From Chrysomallon squamiferum (lineage: Eukaryota; Animalia; Mollusca), in assembly GCA_012295275.1 (NCBI GenBank), contig CM022675.1:15996001-16060000 (forward strand): a DNA stretch of 64,000 nt, read 5' to 3'. The position numbers and the translations under genes are program-made. The stretch's first letter is position 1. Each line of letters starts with the position of its first letter. Shown here piece by piece: positions 38,152 through 52,850 of the stretch. The notes under the pieces are model-generated. The model made no database searches, was not told where the DNA came from, and saw only the letters and a list, made by a program, of their open reading frames with translations.

Positions 38152-39794
38152 CTTTGTGACGCTGTTTTTCGCATTAGCAAACACAAGATCCATTTCAAAC
38201 AATTTTTGTGATATTTGATGTCATATCGAAGTACATTAGGGTAGAGATTTGTATACAATTTATTTGGCATTTTCCAATTAGACGCTCTTAATGTAGTATA
38301 ACCTCATTCTAAAGTTTTCTTTTCGAGTGTCAAAAACTTTGCTCTTTCGTTCAGTGCACCTCTGTGTAGTTTGTAAGCTGCTGATTAACTCAGATACACT
38401 GGCGGGTAATTACACTGACAGAATGTGGTTTGTTCAGTTCTTAACATGTCGGGCAAAGGTTTTAACAGAGAGGATTAATCCTCGAAAATAAGGATTTTTG
38501 AAATGAACGAAATTCATAAATTCTTTAGAATATGTAATTTATGTAATGGCGGATATGCGATCCAAATGAATCATTTTTAAAATACTTCAGAATATATAAT
38601 TTATATAACGTCCGAAATTCATAAATAAATATTCAAAATGAATAAGTTTAATGTAGTCGAAATTGATAATTAAATACTTCAGAACATATAATTTACAAAA
38701 AATGTTGGATATTTATATTTAAGTGTTCCAAATGAATAATGAAATGATTCAGAATGTTTAATTTATTTTTAAAAAGACCGAAATTCAATAGTAAATGCCC
38801 TTGATGAACAGTTTTTTAAATACCGAAATTCATAATTAAATTTGTTAGAATATATAATTTAATGATAGTTGTAGTAGTGGTAACAGTGGTAATAGTTGTA
38901 GTAGTGATAGTAGTAGCAGTAGTAGTTGTTGTTGTGGTATTAACAATACTAGTATTTGTTATAATAGGCGTACTTATAGTAATGATGATGATTATAATCC
39001 TCGAAGACAAGACTTACAGAGGTATCTGATGTGGTAAAAGACAAACTTGTTAAAATTATCTTCTCGAGATGTGATCAGTGCTCGACGTCAGCGCGCACGT
39101 TAACAACGTTGCTCTATTCACGGACACGAATCTTTCAAGTTTCGACAAAAGTCAAACAGTGAGATGACTCGCAGATCAGTTCTAACATCGCGCAATCTAA
39201 TTTGTAAACAATTTCACTGATTTTATCTGCGCTCTGAGTGGCCGACGTGTACGTAGTCGTCGTCGTAATCGTCGTGTAATTGCGCACTGATATTCACGTC
39301 ATGTTTGCGCGTTTAACGACTCGAGACTGAGAATGTTCAGTTTGTGCCAGCTAAGCCACACACAGACAGCAAACACACGGACAGCCTGGAACTCAAACGT
39401 GTCGGTTTTGTTACACCAGCAGTGAACTGCTTTTACTAACTCTGAAATGAACAGTGACAAACAATTCACGAACATAAAAGGAAAAACTGCTGTTACGATT
39501 TTTTTTAAAAGTACAGAGGGAAAATTGTTTTTTTCTGATTTATGTTAAAGTACAGTGGAAAATTGCTTTAGCGACTTTTATTAAAATACAACGATAATTC
39601 TTTTTTTTCTTTCTTCTTCTTCTTCTTTTTTTTTTTTTTTTTTTTTTATTTATTTTTTTTTTTTTTTGACACAATGGAAAGAAAAGAATGTTGTTAGTAT
39701 TTTTTTAAATACATCAGAAATATTGCTGCTAAGGATTTGTTAACGTTAAGAATGTTTTAACCTACAATGAAAATTTCCATAATAATAATAATAA

Positions 39795-39840
<46 letters not shown>

Positions 39841-40959
39841 TCAAAGCAAAACGATCAATAGCATTAGCTGTAGTGGTTGAAGTAGCAACAGAAGCAGTAT
39901 TAGCGATAGTATCAGTCAAAGTTGTAGTAATGTCAATTAAAAGTAATGATAGCAATAATATACATTAGCAATTACAATAGTGGTAGCAGTACTAGTAGTA
40001 GTGGCAGTTGTAGTAGTACTCGTCGTAGCGGTAGTTGTAGTAGTAGTTCTAGCAGTAGTGATACTGGTCATGGTAGTAGTTACGGTATTTGTAGTAGTAG
40101 ATGTCATAGAAACAGTAGTAATATAGTAACAGACTAGCAGTTGTAGTTGATAATGCTGGCAGTGGTAGCGGTGATAGTTGTAGTAGTAGTTGTTGTTACT
40201 TCATTACTAATAGAGTCGTAATAAGAAATGTTTGTGGTAGTAGCAGTGATCGTATAAATCGTGATAAACAGTGGTAGTGTGATGATGATGATGATACCCA
40301 ACTCTTACACATTAAATATTCGCACTAAACACGAGAATACTGAACAAGAAATGAATCCACGCATGAATCTAAAGATGACCTATTTGTTTGAAAGCAGACT
40401 GTGCTGCTCAACTTAAAGTAATAACCTAGAGGATTATTACCTGTTTTTAATTTATGATTAGATGACAGTTGTTCGTGCGTTTTTAATAAATAAAATCAAT
40501 GTAAGACTCTGCGGCGGTTTAATTACCTTCACTGTAGAATTTTCTACAGCAAAGAAGAGCTGACAAAGAGAGGATAACTCTGACTGGAGATTATAAGCAG
40601 GTGAATATTACAGATTTATTCTCAACACGCTCACGTAAGTGTCTGCTTTGTTGCGTTCATCAACTGAAAGATAATAGTTCAGTGCGATAATAGTTTGATT
40701 GTCTTTATAAAATAAAATCAATGTTTTTGCCAGTTCCAGGCAGTGCTCCTGTTTATAGAAACAATAATTAAAATAATAAAAAGAAGAAGAATTAAGTAAT
40801 AAAATGTTTTCTTGTAAAATCAAATTATTTTTCTTTTTCTTATAATCAAAAAGTTAATTATTTCGTAATTTTTATATTATTTATTTAGAAATATAAAGAT
40901 GTTTTCCTAAAGATATATTTATTAAATGATTCTTTAAACAAATATGTTTTCAGTTATTT

Positions 40960-41375
40960 GCAAGACATTTACGTTACTTTCAATAGAAAAGACACTAACG
41001 TTAATTTCTATTAAAAAAAACACAAAAAACCCACTTACGTTACTTTCAGTATAAGACACTTACGTTAATTTCTATTTTATAAAAATACTTACGTTACTTT
41101 CAGTGTAAAAGACATTTATGTTACTTTCTATAATAAAGACACGTTACTTACAATAAAAAACAGTCACTTACGTTACTTTCAATAAAAATACTTACGTTAC
41201 TTTCAGTGTAAAAGACATTTATGTTACTTTCTATAATAAAGATACGTTACTTACAATAAAAAACAGTCACTTACGTTACTTTCAATAAAAAAAGTCACTT
41301 ACGTTACTTTCAATAAAAAACAGTCACTTACGTTACTTTCAATAAAAAGCAGTCACTTACGTTACTTTAAAAAAT
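40960..41375. repeat. ~30-bp minisatellite (CACTTACGTTACTTTCAATAAAAAACAGT)
   Basis: About 14 diverged tandem copies, with an internal higher-order duplication. Confidence 0.88.
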
Positions 41376-41895
41376 AAACGTGATTTGTGTTATTTTCAGT
41401 AAAAAGACGTTATCATCCGCCAGTCGCCATTTGTTTATCTTAACTGTAACAACAATTCGTTTATCCTAAATTAATAACAACAGTTTTACAAACTAACTGA
41501 TTGATGTTTTAACACGCAAGCTGCCATAACGAGAAGAAAATTATCAAATTTGTTCTAAAAATAACTCTAGGAAGAAAACATTTCATTAATATTAACGTAT
41601 AAAACAGTTTTAATTTGATTTTGTTTTCTTCGAGTGTTTTAGTGTCATTCACACTCGGGTTTTTATCTTCGCTTACCTTCGAGTCTTTATCGGACAATTT
41701 TATTCAACTGCCACTAATTTTTATTATGTTTTTGTAAATTTTCGTTTTATTTGCGATAGTTTCGGGCACCAGAGAATAAATGTTTAACAGTTTAAAAAGC
41801 AGTTTAATTCAATTCACAAATTTATAGTTTGTTATTTTCATTAAGTTATAATCATCATTATCGTCATCATCATTATTGTTACTATTATTATTATT

Positions 41896-41934
<39 letters not shown>

Positions 41935-42370
41935 TTTTCTATCTATTTATTTGTTTATTTAATACTTATTTTTATTATAATTATTTTGAATATTATTTAT
42001 TTATTTATACTCTAAAAGAGAAGAAGAAAAAAGAAGACTGAAGAAAGGATATATCTTTATTTTGTGATCAGTAAGGGAATTTTTCAGTAAGGTTATGAAT
42101 ATAAGATTAATCTGTTATAGCTTTATTACAAACTTATAATATTGTCATTTACAACTTTTTCTTATTGTGACTAACTTCGCCCTTCAAACTTCAGTTGCAT
42201 CATTTTAATACTTCAGTTACAATTCAATACTCATTATAGTTAGCCTACTGTAAAATAATCAATATTTTCTTACGATAAATTTTAATATTAAAAGTTTTTT
42301 TATCTTAAGTACGACACATATACCACAATAATTTGACACTGGAATTAATGGGTGAAATTTTTAATATATT

Positions 42371-42507
<137 letters not shown>

Positions 42508-43753
42508 GTTGTGTGTATGTTTCTGTGAATTATCTATGTAGATCTATGATTTGTGTGTGAATATATTTATGTGTTTCAGCACTCTGAATAAAGAAAGAAA
42601 AACACAACAACTAAAGAAAAGAAAACTAATGAAGGAAATGTGTTGATACGTTGTGCTGCATTTTACGACGTCACGTTATAATCAACGGTGGGGCCCTTAC
42701 GGCGTCGTGCTTGTCTGAACTGAAGGAGGCGCGCGCTGTGATATAATAAATGGAATTAGCGAGTTGCTCTCGGGCTCGTCTCACGCACAGCTCACGACAA
42801 AACGATCACGCGAACCAGCTGGAATATCTCACGGCTCGCGTGGCCTCTTCACCGCCAATATGGTGGAACAAGAAAGTTTTCCTGTCTCCCGGCATTGTCA
42901 TGACAATATTTCTGTGAATCGGTAAATTGAAATTAGTTGTCGCCAACAGCTAATTACGTAGTTTGAGACTCGCTTTTCTAATTGGATTGGTTTGTGTTGG
43001 GGACCAGGCTGCGCGTCCTGCACAACGTTTTTAATTTAGCAATCTTTATTTTTTCTGTCTGCAGGCGTGGAAGAGGACGCCAGAAAATGATTTATATTAG
43101 CAGTAGGAGGATAGAGACAGTTCACCTGCAGCTATTTGAGAACACATTCACAAACACATCACTGACTTTGTCGCAATAATTATGTTAGGGGTTTGAAGTT
43201 TAACTTATTATTTTCAAACTCGATATCTCGGCTTAATCGGACCAAATATAGCAGCCACCATAATTAATTGAGAGCGATTTAAATTTTAAAAACATTCTGA
43301 ATTGAAATCTTTGTAATATACTCAAAGGATGTTTCCGTAAACCTCTTCTGCAGCAGAAAATTAATGCGATAGAATTTTATAAACTTGAAAATGACAGAAT
43401 TATTTGTCACTGGTTGTTCTTATTAATGTGCTATTTTTAAATAAAGTTTATTTGTGAAAAGAGCAGATGTAGAAAATTAAAAACAAGCGATAATGAGAGG
43501 CGTGAGAGGAAAAATGATTTCAAAAAAAGAGGAAAGAATTATCGTTTTGCATGGCACTTCTCTTTATTTCACTCAGTGAAGTAACGTGGACAACCGCAAA
43601 CAAGCAAACGCGGAAAAGTTCTAGAACTTAAATGAATTAATAAAACAGAAACATAAATATGTCAAATATGAAACCACCGTGTTATAACTTTCACTGTTAT
43701 GTCTTTTAGTGTCCTGCAATATTTTTTATATCTGCAATGTCTTCAGATAATTT

Positions 43754-43830
<77 letters not shown>

Positions 43831-45093
43831 GCGCAAACACACACACACACACTTAAATATATAATTAAAAAAATAGTAATAACAGGACGGGTTTAATTAA
43901 TCAGGCTTTTAAACACTGTCACATTCGTCTTTGTCTTTTCAAAGCTCACAAAGTTTTATATCTCAAAAAAAATATATATATATTTTAATATACATAAAAC
44001 GTATGTAAAGTAGAATTAACCCATTTGTTTAGCAAACAAAACTCCAGAATTTGCGACATTCACCCGTGACATATACTTAACACAAATAAGAAAATTCTTT
44101 GACTTTTCCACAAATTGCTATATGATGTTTATCATCTCGAACTAAAACAACATTAAAGTGATATCGATTTCAACGACGCGCACTCAAGCGATTGACGTCT
44201 CATTTCGAAAACGACAGCTTTTCAGATTATATGTAATAATATCATTTCTACACTGGGCATCTTGATAGAAACGCAAATAAAACCTCTTTTTCATGTGTCG
44301 ACAAATGTGTTACGTGTGTTTGAGGAAGGATCAAGATGAAAAGGAATTTGAAGAAGACGAAGAGATGGTAATTTATTAAATTCAGTACATGTGCGAGTCG
44401 TGACGTCACTAAAACAAAATTAAAAACGTTTTAATCATTCTCAGTCTCACATTGATTAATTCATCTAATTTAAGTCTGGTAGGTACAAAGATCGAATGTA
44501 TAAACTTACAATTCCTCTTTGTAAGCCACCTAAGTAGTTGATTAACTAACTGATCAACTAACTAATCATCTAACTAATTAACTAACCGAAAATTTATGTT
44601 ATTAAACTTTTTCCATTTATCACTCTAACACACTAACCAGTCAACTGTAAATCAGAGATAAAACATTTTTCTAACAAGTTAACTTGGTGAGATACAGAAT
44701 TAAATCTTCCTTATTATTCCAGTCTTCTGTCTAACACAGGCAACGAATTTTATTTTCATAACTAACCTGCAATGTATCATAACCAGGGACAGACAACTCT
44801 GTTTTTTGTTCCTCAACCTTCAGTTAAATTAAACACGTATTATAATTTACTTGAGATGATGTTAATTTTATCAGCGACAGTTACAATACATTTTGTTATT
44901 ACTAAACAACTGATTAACATTTGAGCTTATTTTCATTTTTTTTCTTTTTTACGTTTTATTATTATTATCATTATTATTATTATAACTTCTTTTTTTTAAA
45001 TTTTTGTTTTTGTTAATTCATTTATTAAATTATCTAATATTTTGTTGGTAATTTGATATACACAATACTTTACATAATTCTAATAAACTGTAT

Positions 45094-45128
<35 letters not shown>

Positions 45129-45543
45129 TTAGCATGTTTGTGTGTTTTAAACTTCTTTGCTTCTGTCTTTCTGTGTTTGTTTCTCAAACACAGCGGTATT
45201 TGTAATACAGGAAAAACTTCACTTTTATCTTAATACAGTAACATAATGGATATATTATTTTTCATAATAAGGAACAATAATAACTGTAAATTAAACAATG
45301 TTTTAAAATTCACATAACGTAAAATTCTTTATTTACTTTGTGGTGTAGTCTGATAAAGGTAACTGATAAATAACTAGAAAATAAATAAAACATTTCGTAT
45401 TCTTTTAATTTTTCTTTTACTTATTTATTTATTTATTTATTTATTATTACTTCTTTTTTTCTTTCTTTCTTTCTTTTTTTTTCTTTTTTTTTAATTTAAT
45501 TTTTTTATTCATTTATTTTATTTTATTTTATTTCTTATTTTTC

Positions 45544-45576
<33 letters not shown>

Positions 45577-46464
45577 AAGAAATGTTCTATGTGCTGAAAT
45601 TACTTCCGTAAAGTCTTTGAGAAAATAAAGAGTTAAAAATGAAATGAAAAAACAGGACAAAAATTACAGTTAAAGGGAAATAAAGCCCAGTGGAGCGGGC
45701 AGTGTCGGGAGTTGTGAGATAACGAGATGGAGAAAAGATTTAAAACTCCGCAGTGATCTGCTTCTTCCTTTTACTAAATATAAACATTTCAGTCACGCCG
45801 TGTTTATCACTTTTTACCTAAAACAGTAACACAGAAAAATACACACACATTTACATACATACATACATACATACAAACATATAAATATACATATATACAT
45901 ACATACATACATACATACATACATACATACATACACACGTCATACATAGATATACATACATTCGTACATTGTTACTCCTACCATTTCTGCTGCTGCTGCT
46001 GCTGCTGCTGCTACTACTACTACTACTGATACTACTACTTCCATTAATAAATGTATATATAGATATGTATGTATGTATCTATGTATGCGTATATGTCTGT
46101 ATATGAATGAACGTAAGTGGACAGCAGTATTGGTGGTGGTACTGGTACCGGTAATAGAAGTAACAGTAACAGCATCAATGACAGCGGTAATGGTGATGAT
46201 GTGGTCTTAGAAGTAGTAGTAGTAATAGTGTAGTAGTAGTTGTAGTACTAGTACTAGTAATAATAGTACTAGTGGTAGTAGTGGTAACATTAGTAGTAGC
46301 AGTAGTAATAAGAACAGATCGAATTCTGCATGTGACATCTTTCAGTTTAATGCACCAAATACGTTAGTAGTTTTATGACGTGTTGTTTATTTTAACTTAT
46401 TATTATTATTATTATTATTTTTTATTATTATTTTTTTTTTTTTTATTATTATTTTACTTTACTA

Positions 46465-46499
<35 letters not shown>

Positions 46500-46812
46500 A
46501 TTGACCGAATAACTCCTTCAAAATCATTTTAAGTTGAACAGAAATCAAATCTGATAAACGCCTGTTTGAACCGTTATTATATTTGATTAAGAGATTTAAA
46601 AACTAAATTAAAGATTAAATTTAAAGCAAATATTGCATTTTTATCAGTTTTAATTGTATTGCGAGAGAAGAATAACGTAGTTACTGAGTTCGAGATGAAA
46701 TGATATTTTCTAATCTTGAGCCCTATGAAAACAGCGAACTTCTACTTCATATATTTGTTTTTTCAAAGAACTGTGAAAAACTTTTAAAAGATTAAATAAA
46801 AATAAATTTTGT

Positions 46813-46882
<70 letters not shown>

Positions 46883-47316
46883 CAGATTTGACAAGGGTCA
46901 CATTGATCTGGAAGTTTGATCAGTTTTTGAACATGGTAACACTACGTTGTCCTGGATAAACGTTAATTTAATAAAAGTAATAATAATAATTTTATTTGCA
47001 TTTTTAAAACCTTTTTTCTTCTCTGAAGTTAGCGCTACAAATCCTGTTGAATTATTAGTTTTGTCAATAACTGCTGAATTACATGAAAAATGTCTTTTAA
47101 AAATTGAAATATTTTATGCGATTTTAATATCATCAAGAGAAGTTATTCATTATTGTCACTTTTTTAATCAAAAAATGAATTAACAACAAATATTTATAAA
47201 CGCAAGCAACAAATTTCTAGTAATAATAATATATCATTTTAAAAAAGAAATATAAATTGTTTGCTTATAAACTGACTATAATTTATGAAAACGTGACTGG
47301 AAATTCGTTTTTATTT

Positions 47317-47409
<93 letters not shown>

Positions 47410-48582
47410 ACACACACACACAATTTATTTCCGTCTCAGAACAGACGCACACGCACATACATTTCACACTGTGTTAGCCAGATCAGTAATGAATATAAAA
47501 AACATTATCTCTCAAATAGTTGATCTTCGTGATAGCACAGTAATCGCATTAAGGACCCGCGGGTCAATATCTGTAAAGCGATTAACAACATGAGCTTAAA
47601 AAAAACAAATAAAAACACTGTTAACCGTGCAAGACGAGATAGAAAGTTGTATTTCATTATCTAGTCGCGGTGAAGGTTAGAACTACGTTCTTCCCGGATG
47701 TAACAGCTGATGTTACTAGTCACTGTATGAAATACAAAGTCATATAACACATCATGTCGCGTTCTAACTGAATTCCAGATTACAAGATTTGCATTACGAG
47801 TCCTTACAAACGCTGGTGATACCATTGTCTGTCAGTTCAAGTTCTATAAATGTGTTCACATAATTCTAGGTCTGGTTGATCCGAAATGCTAGGAGAAGGA
47901 GCGTTTTAAATTTTCTCTTTAATGCTGGAATTTTACGAGATAACTTGAGAAAGACACCAATTTCTAAATATAAAAAATATTCACATGCAGTAAAGCATAC
48001 AGCTTATAAAAATATCCTGATAATAAAAATTGGGGCAAAAGTTCTAAAAATTCTGAGCATGATATAAAAAAAAAGAAATTAAAAAAAGGCAAAATAAAAG
48101 GTTAATGTCTTATGAACCATACTAAAAAAGTTAAGGTAATTTTTGCCTCGGTCGCTGACAAAAGATTTCGGTTTTCAGAGAATTTCGGAAGCGTAAAATG
48201 CATGAAGAAGTTGTATTCAGAAAGAAAAAGACCGCGATTTTCAATGCCGTCAAAGTTAAATAATAAAACATGCTGATAAAATAACAGTAGGAATAAGCAG
48301 GGCCTTTGATGTTACAGGTAGCCGCAGTCTAGTTTATTCATTTAGTAACAAATAGCCAGATAAACAGAGAAACAACTTCAAAGTAAATTTTGTACGTTTG
48401 GTTATTCCAGATACATATAAACACATACAAGCAGAATGTGATAATTCAGATTAAAATCAAATAACACGGTTAATTTATTAAATAAAAATGAAAAATGATG
48501 GTTTTTATTTCTACATAAAAATGCTCTTGTATTAATAATTATAATATTCACAAAAGAGAATACTTTTATTATAATATTCGCG

Positions 48583-48676
<94 letters not shown>

Positions 48677-49016
48677 ACACACACAGTATATACATTTAGT
48701 CATTTAGACATGCAAAAGATGTATCATTTTATGGATATTTTATACATCACATATGTAAAACCAGTAAAAAGAAAATTACATTTTACCGTATGTCAAATAT
48801 CTGATTCAATCTCAGTCACAAAATTAAGTTTAGAAACTTTCATTATTTCATACTAGACTGACAGTCAAACGAATTTCATTCATTATATTTATATGAAGAT
48901 AAATGAAATATTATAATAATAATTATTGTTATTATCATTTATTATTATTATTATTATCATTATTATAATTATTATTATTAATACTTATTATTATTATTAC
49001 TGTTATTATTATTATG

Positions 49017-49049
<33 letters not shown>

Positions 49050-49329
49050 AATATTTCGACAAATTCTGATTGTTAGTTATGAGTTTTCGCACATTTTGTA
49101 TCAATATTTTATATGTATGTATGTACATACACACACACTGACAAACACGCGCGCACGCACACAGACACACGTGATTGCATGAATGTATGTATTTATATAC
49201 AGGTAAATGCTATCTTGGTATTTGTAATATAATTTACGTAGAAAGAAAAGTGAAATAAGCTCGTAAACTAAATGTCTGAAATTTTTTCAATAACAACAAT
49301 ATCAGTAGTAGGAATTGTAGTAGAAGTAA

Positions 49330-49379
<50 letters not shown>

Positions 49380-49516
49380 ATAGTAGTAATAGTTTTAGTG
49401 GTGGTAGTAGTAATAATAATAGTAATAATCAATGATAATAACAATACCAACAACTACTACTGCTACTGCTACTTCTACTACTAGTAGTAAGTAAGTAACT
49501 GAACAGTTTAACTTAC

Positions 49517-49790
49517 TGAGTTCTTCGTTAGTTACGACGCACGGTTCTCGTCTCGTTTGTTCTGAGTGCGTCGTCTGCTTCTCTCCGTCTGCTGCTGCTT
49601 TGCGATACGTCCACAAACAGTTTTATTTATCAGTCCTGCCCATCCTCACTATCTCACGTATATACCTCGTCTCCAGCAGCACCGATTGGCTCGTTTTGAG
49701 TGGGCGAATCTAATGAATATTCATTCAGTGTGGTTAAATATTTCATCAAAGAGTTCCAGCGTCTACGGCTTCCGAACTGGCGATTTGCAT
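49517..49790 (-). promoter_or_regulatory. Candidate promoter and non-coding first exon of the LFRFamide gene
   Basis: On the minus strand: octamer ATGCAAAT (49783-49790), palindrome ATGAATATTCAT (49713-49724), CCAAT (49685-49689), TATATA (49659-49664), then a ~110-nt GC-rich leader ending in the consensus donor CTCA|gtaagt (49517/49516). The ATG exon has its own acceptor, which implies an upstream exon. Confidence 0.6.
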
Positions 49791-52379
49791 GGAAAGTTAT
49801 TTCGATCGATATACCGCAGCGATAAATTGAAAAGACTTATGCGGACTGCGGAATCTGTGACGTAGGTGAGTGCTTAATATCAGAACATTGTTCTCTTGAC
49901 TGCGTCATCGACACATTTTTTAATCACCCTTCTGAGTTCTGATTTACACTACGTCAAAACAAATGTAAATGAAAACAAGCAAAAGCGAGGATCGTTTCTA
50001 AACCGCACCAGAACCCAAAAATAAAATAATGTACGTTGTAATCTATGAAAAGAAAATTAGAACTTCGAAGTTTAATTCTGAAATAGAAAAAAAAACGAAA
50101 AGAAGTAAACAAAATAAGAATTTCTCCTTGACCGAAACATTTATTTATTTTCAGAATTTACATTTTGAAAACAGCGCAGTTTTATTTCAAATTTAGATAA
50201 ATCTTCCATCAATGTAAACAAATGTGTTTAATACAGGGAACCAAATTAATGCATAAATAAAGTATTCCATACAGTTTTGTTTGTGTTATGAAGATATATC
50301 AAATCTGTGTTTACTTTTGTGACGTAATTTTTCTTCGCATTAACTGTAGTTGTAAATTAGAGTATGCTTGCTTTCCGAATGTTTATTTGAAAGTTACTGT
50401 TTGTGTAGTTATTGTTTTTATTTCGCATATTGATAAAGCTTCACACAGATTTTGCCGGGGTAAAACGTATTAAAAAGAAAAAAAGAAAAAAAAAAAAACT
50501 CTCATTGTACATATACATATACACACGTACACACACATATTCTTTTTTATTATTAATTAATTATGAAATATATATATATATATATACGTACGTATGCATG
50601 TATGTATATATAGATCGATGTATGTATTACTGATTCGACTGTATGCTAAAACGTTTGTTATGTACATAACATAGTTATCATATTTAATTACATTCCACCT
50701 ATTTACATGACATAATAATTATATTAATATTTATATAGATTAAAAATTTTCAGACGTTTATTATATTTCAATTAAATAATCTTTATGCAGTTTTTAATTT
50801 TAACTTTATCTTAATTTAATGAAGACGTGCATGTTGTTTTCTTTCATTGTGTCTCTGTTTGTGTACTTGTTTTTAAAATCTGCAAATATGTTGTCCACGC
50901 CAATACAAAATAAAATGATGTGTAACTAGACTGTATGAAGTGCCTGGTGTGTAATACTGTGTTGCACAGAACGTGTTAACAATACGTGTGCAAGTTTGAT
51001 AAATACGCAGATTTTTTGTGTGTGTGTTTCTGTCTGCAGAGTCTGTGAGATGGGGGGAGGTCCAGCCAGTACTTTATTCCGGGGACCAGGAGCTAAGAAG
51101 AGACCCACAGCAACCGTGCATTAATTGAATATGTTTGTTACATGTCTGATCACGCGAATAAAGCGTTTATAAGAGTTTATATGTAGATTTACTGGACATC
51201 AAGTTTTCAGTTTTAAAATCATTGCCTTTATCAAGGCCACAGAATTTCTTTTGGATGCCATGTCTTTCTGTACGTGTGTCTGCGTGTATTTTGTACGTGG
51301 GTGTGTCAGTATTTAAATATGTGTACACTGTGTGTGCTTTAGTGTTAGTTATGTATGAAAGTACATTCCTTTCTTGTATCTATCTATCTATCTATCTGTC
51401 TGTCTGTCTGTCTATCTGTCTATCTGTCTATCTGTCTGTCTATCTGTCTATCTATCTGTCTGTCTGTCTGTCTGTCTATCTGTCTATCTGTCTGTCTATC
51501 TGTCTGTCTATCTGTCTGTCTATCTGTCTATCTATCTACCTGTCTGTCTGTCTGTCTATCTATCTATATATCTATTTATGTATTTATTTATTACTAAGAA
51601 AGATGCACACAGTTTCTGTGTAACGTCAGAGAAGTACGTGTTCACTTTATCTGACATCAGTAAAATGTTTTCAGTCTTTTTCTTGTTTCCAGACGATCAC
51701 TTTACTTTGATGTATCAAAGATACACGCAGTAGATTCTGTGTTCATTTTATTTTTTATTTTTTTATAATTACCATTTTAAAAGACCTGTATCCAAATTGT
51801 CAAAGAAAATTTTACATCTCGAAGAAAAACGGAACTAAGTGGAGTAGAGACTCGCTGAATCTTTTCCGTTATCTGCCGCTTTTAAAGAAAGTTCACTTCT
51901 GCTTGATTGACTGCTTGATTCATCAAGTTATGCCAGACGCCTTAAACCAAAAAGCCGCCGAGTATGACTGGAGAATAACTTCGCGATTATTAAAATGAAT
52001 TCAGTGGAACGTCCATCAACAGTGTGGCATTTATTTGAACAATATTTATCTCGTTCAGACCCCGGTGAGTTCGTACAATACAGCGGAACGGAACCAATTA
52101 TCTGCTGCCAATGGAAGCGAAAAGAAAAACGCTGCTTATTGCTCTGGACTGCAACACTGTAAGAAAAATCTCCTTAAATAGCCGCCGCATAAAGAAACGT
52201 GATTGATGACTCGAGAAATATTCCACTCTGGATCAGTTTAATAACATGTTAATTATAAACGGCCGTGTTTTGTCAAGCTGTATTTTCTCTTCTCTGTCGT
52301 ACGGTCTAAAACCCTTGAGTAGAATTTTTTTTAATAATACTAAGAATTATATGAACGTAGGGTGCATGAAAATACCTCA

Positions 52380-52391
52380 AATATAAGTAAA

Positions 52392-52422
<31 letters not shown>

Positions 52423-52850
52423 AATTTTTAAAGAATTAAATTAGTTCATTATGAAAATAATTATATCTAAAACCGCGGATTATAATTCATTAATGACGTG
52501 TAGAATTATATTAATATAGGATATATTAAACAACCTCCAAAGTACGTAAATACGTAAGTAGGTAAGTCAGTAAATAAGTTTTTGAATTTTGAAATAATTA
52601 AATTAGTTCATTATGAAAACGTGTCTAAAACCCTGGAGTATAATTCATTAATGGCATGTAAAGTTATATAAATACAGTTATACCTCCACTCTACATAAGT
52701 AAAATTTTTGTAAGTAATAAAGAAAATAAATAAATACATAAATAAAATTTGATAGAATTAAATTAGTTCATTATGAAAACGTGCACAGAATACAATTTAT
52801 TAATGACACTTAGAATTATTAAAATATAGAGTATATCAGAATAAGTCCAA
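52380..52850. repeat. Three diverged ~170-bp tandem repeats
   Basis: AATTAAATTAGTTCATTATGAAAA recurs near 52434, 52595 and 52756. Confidence 0.8.
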
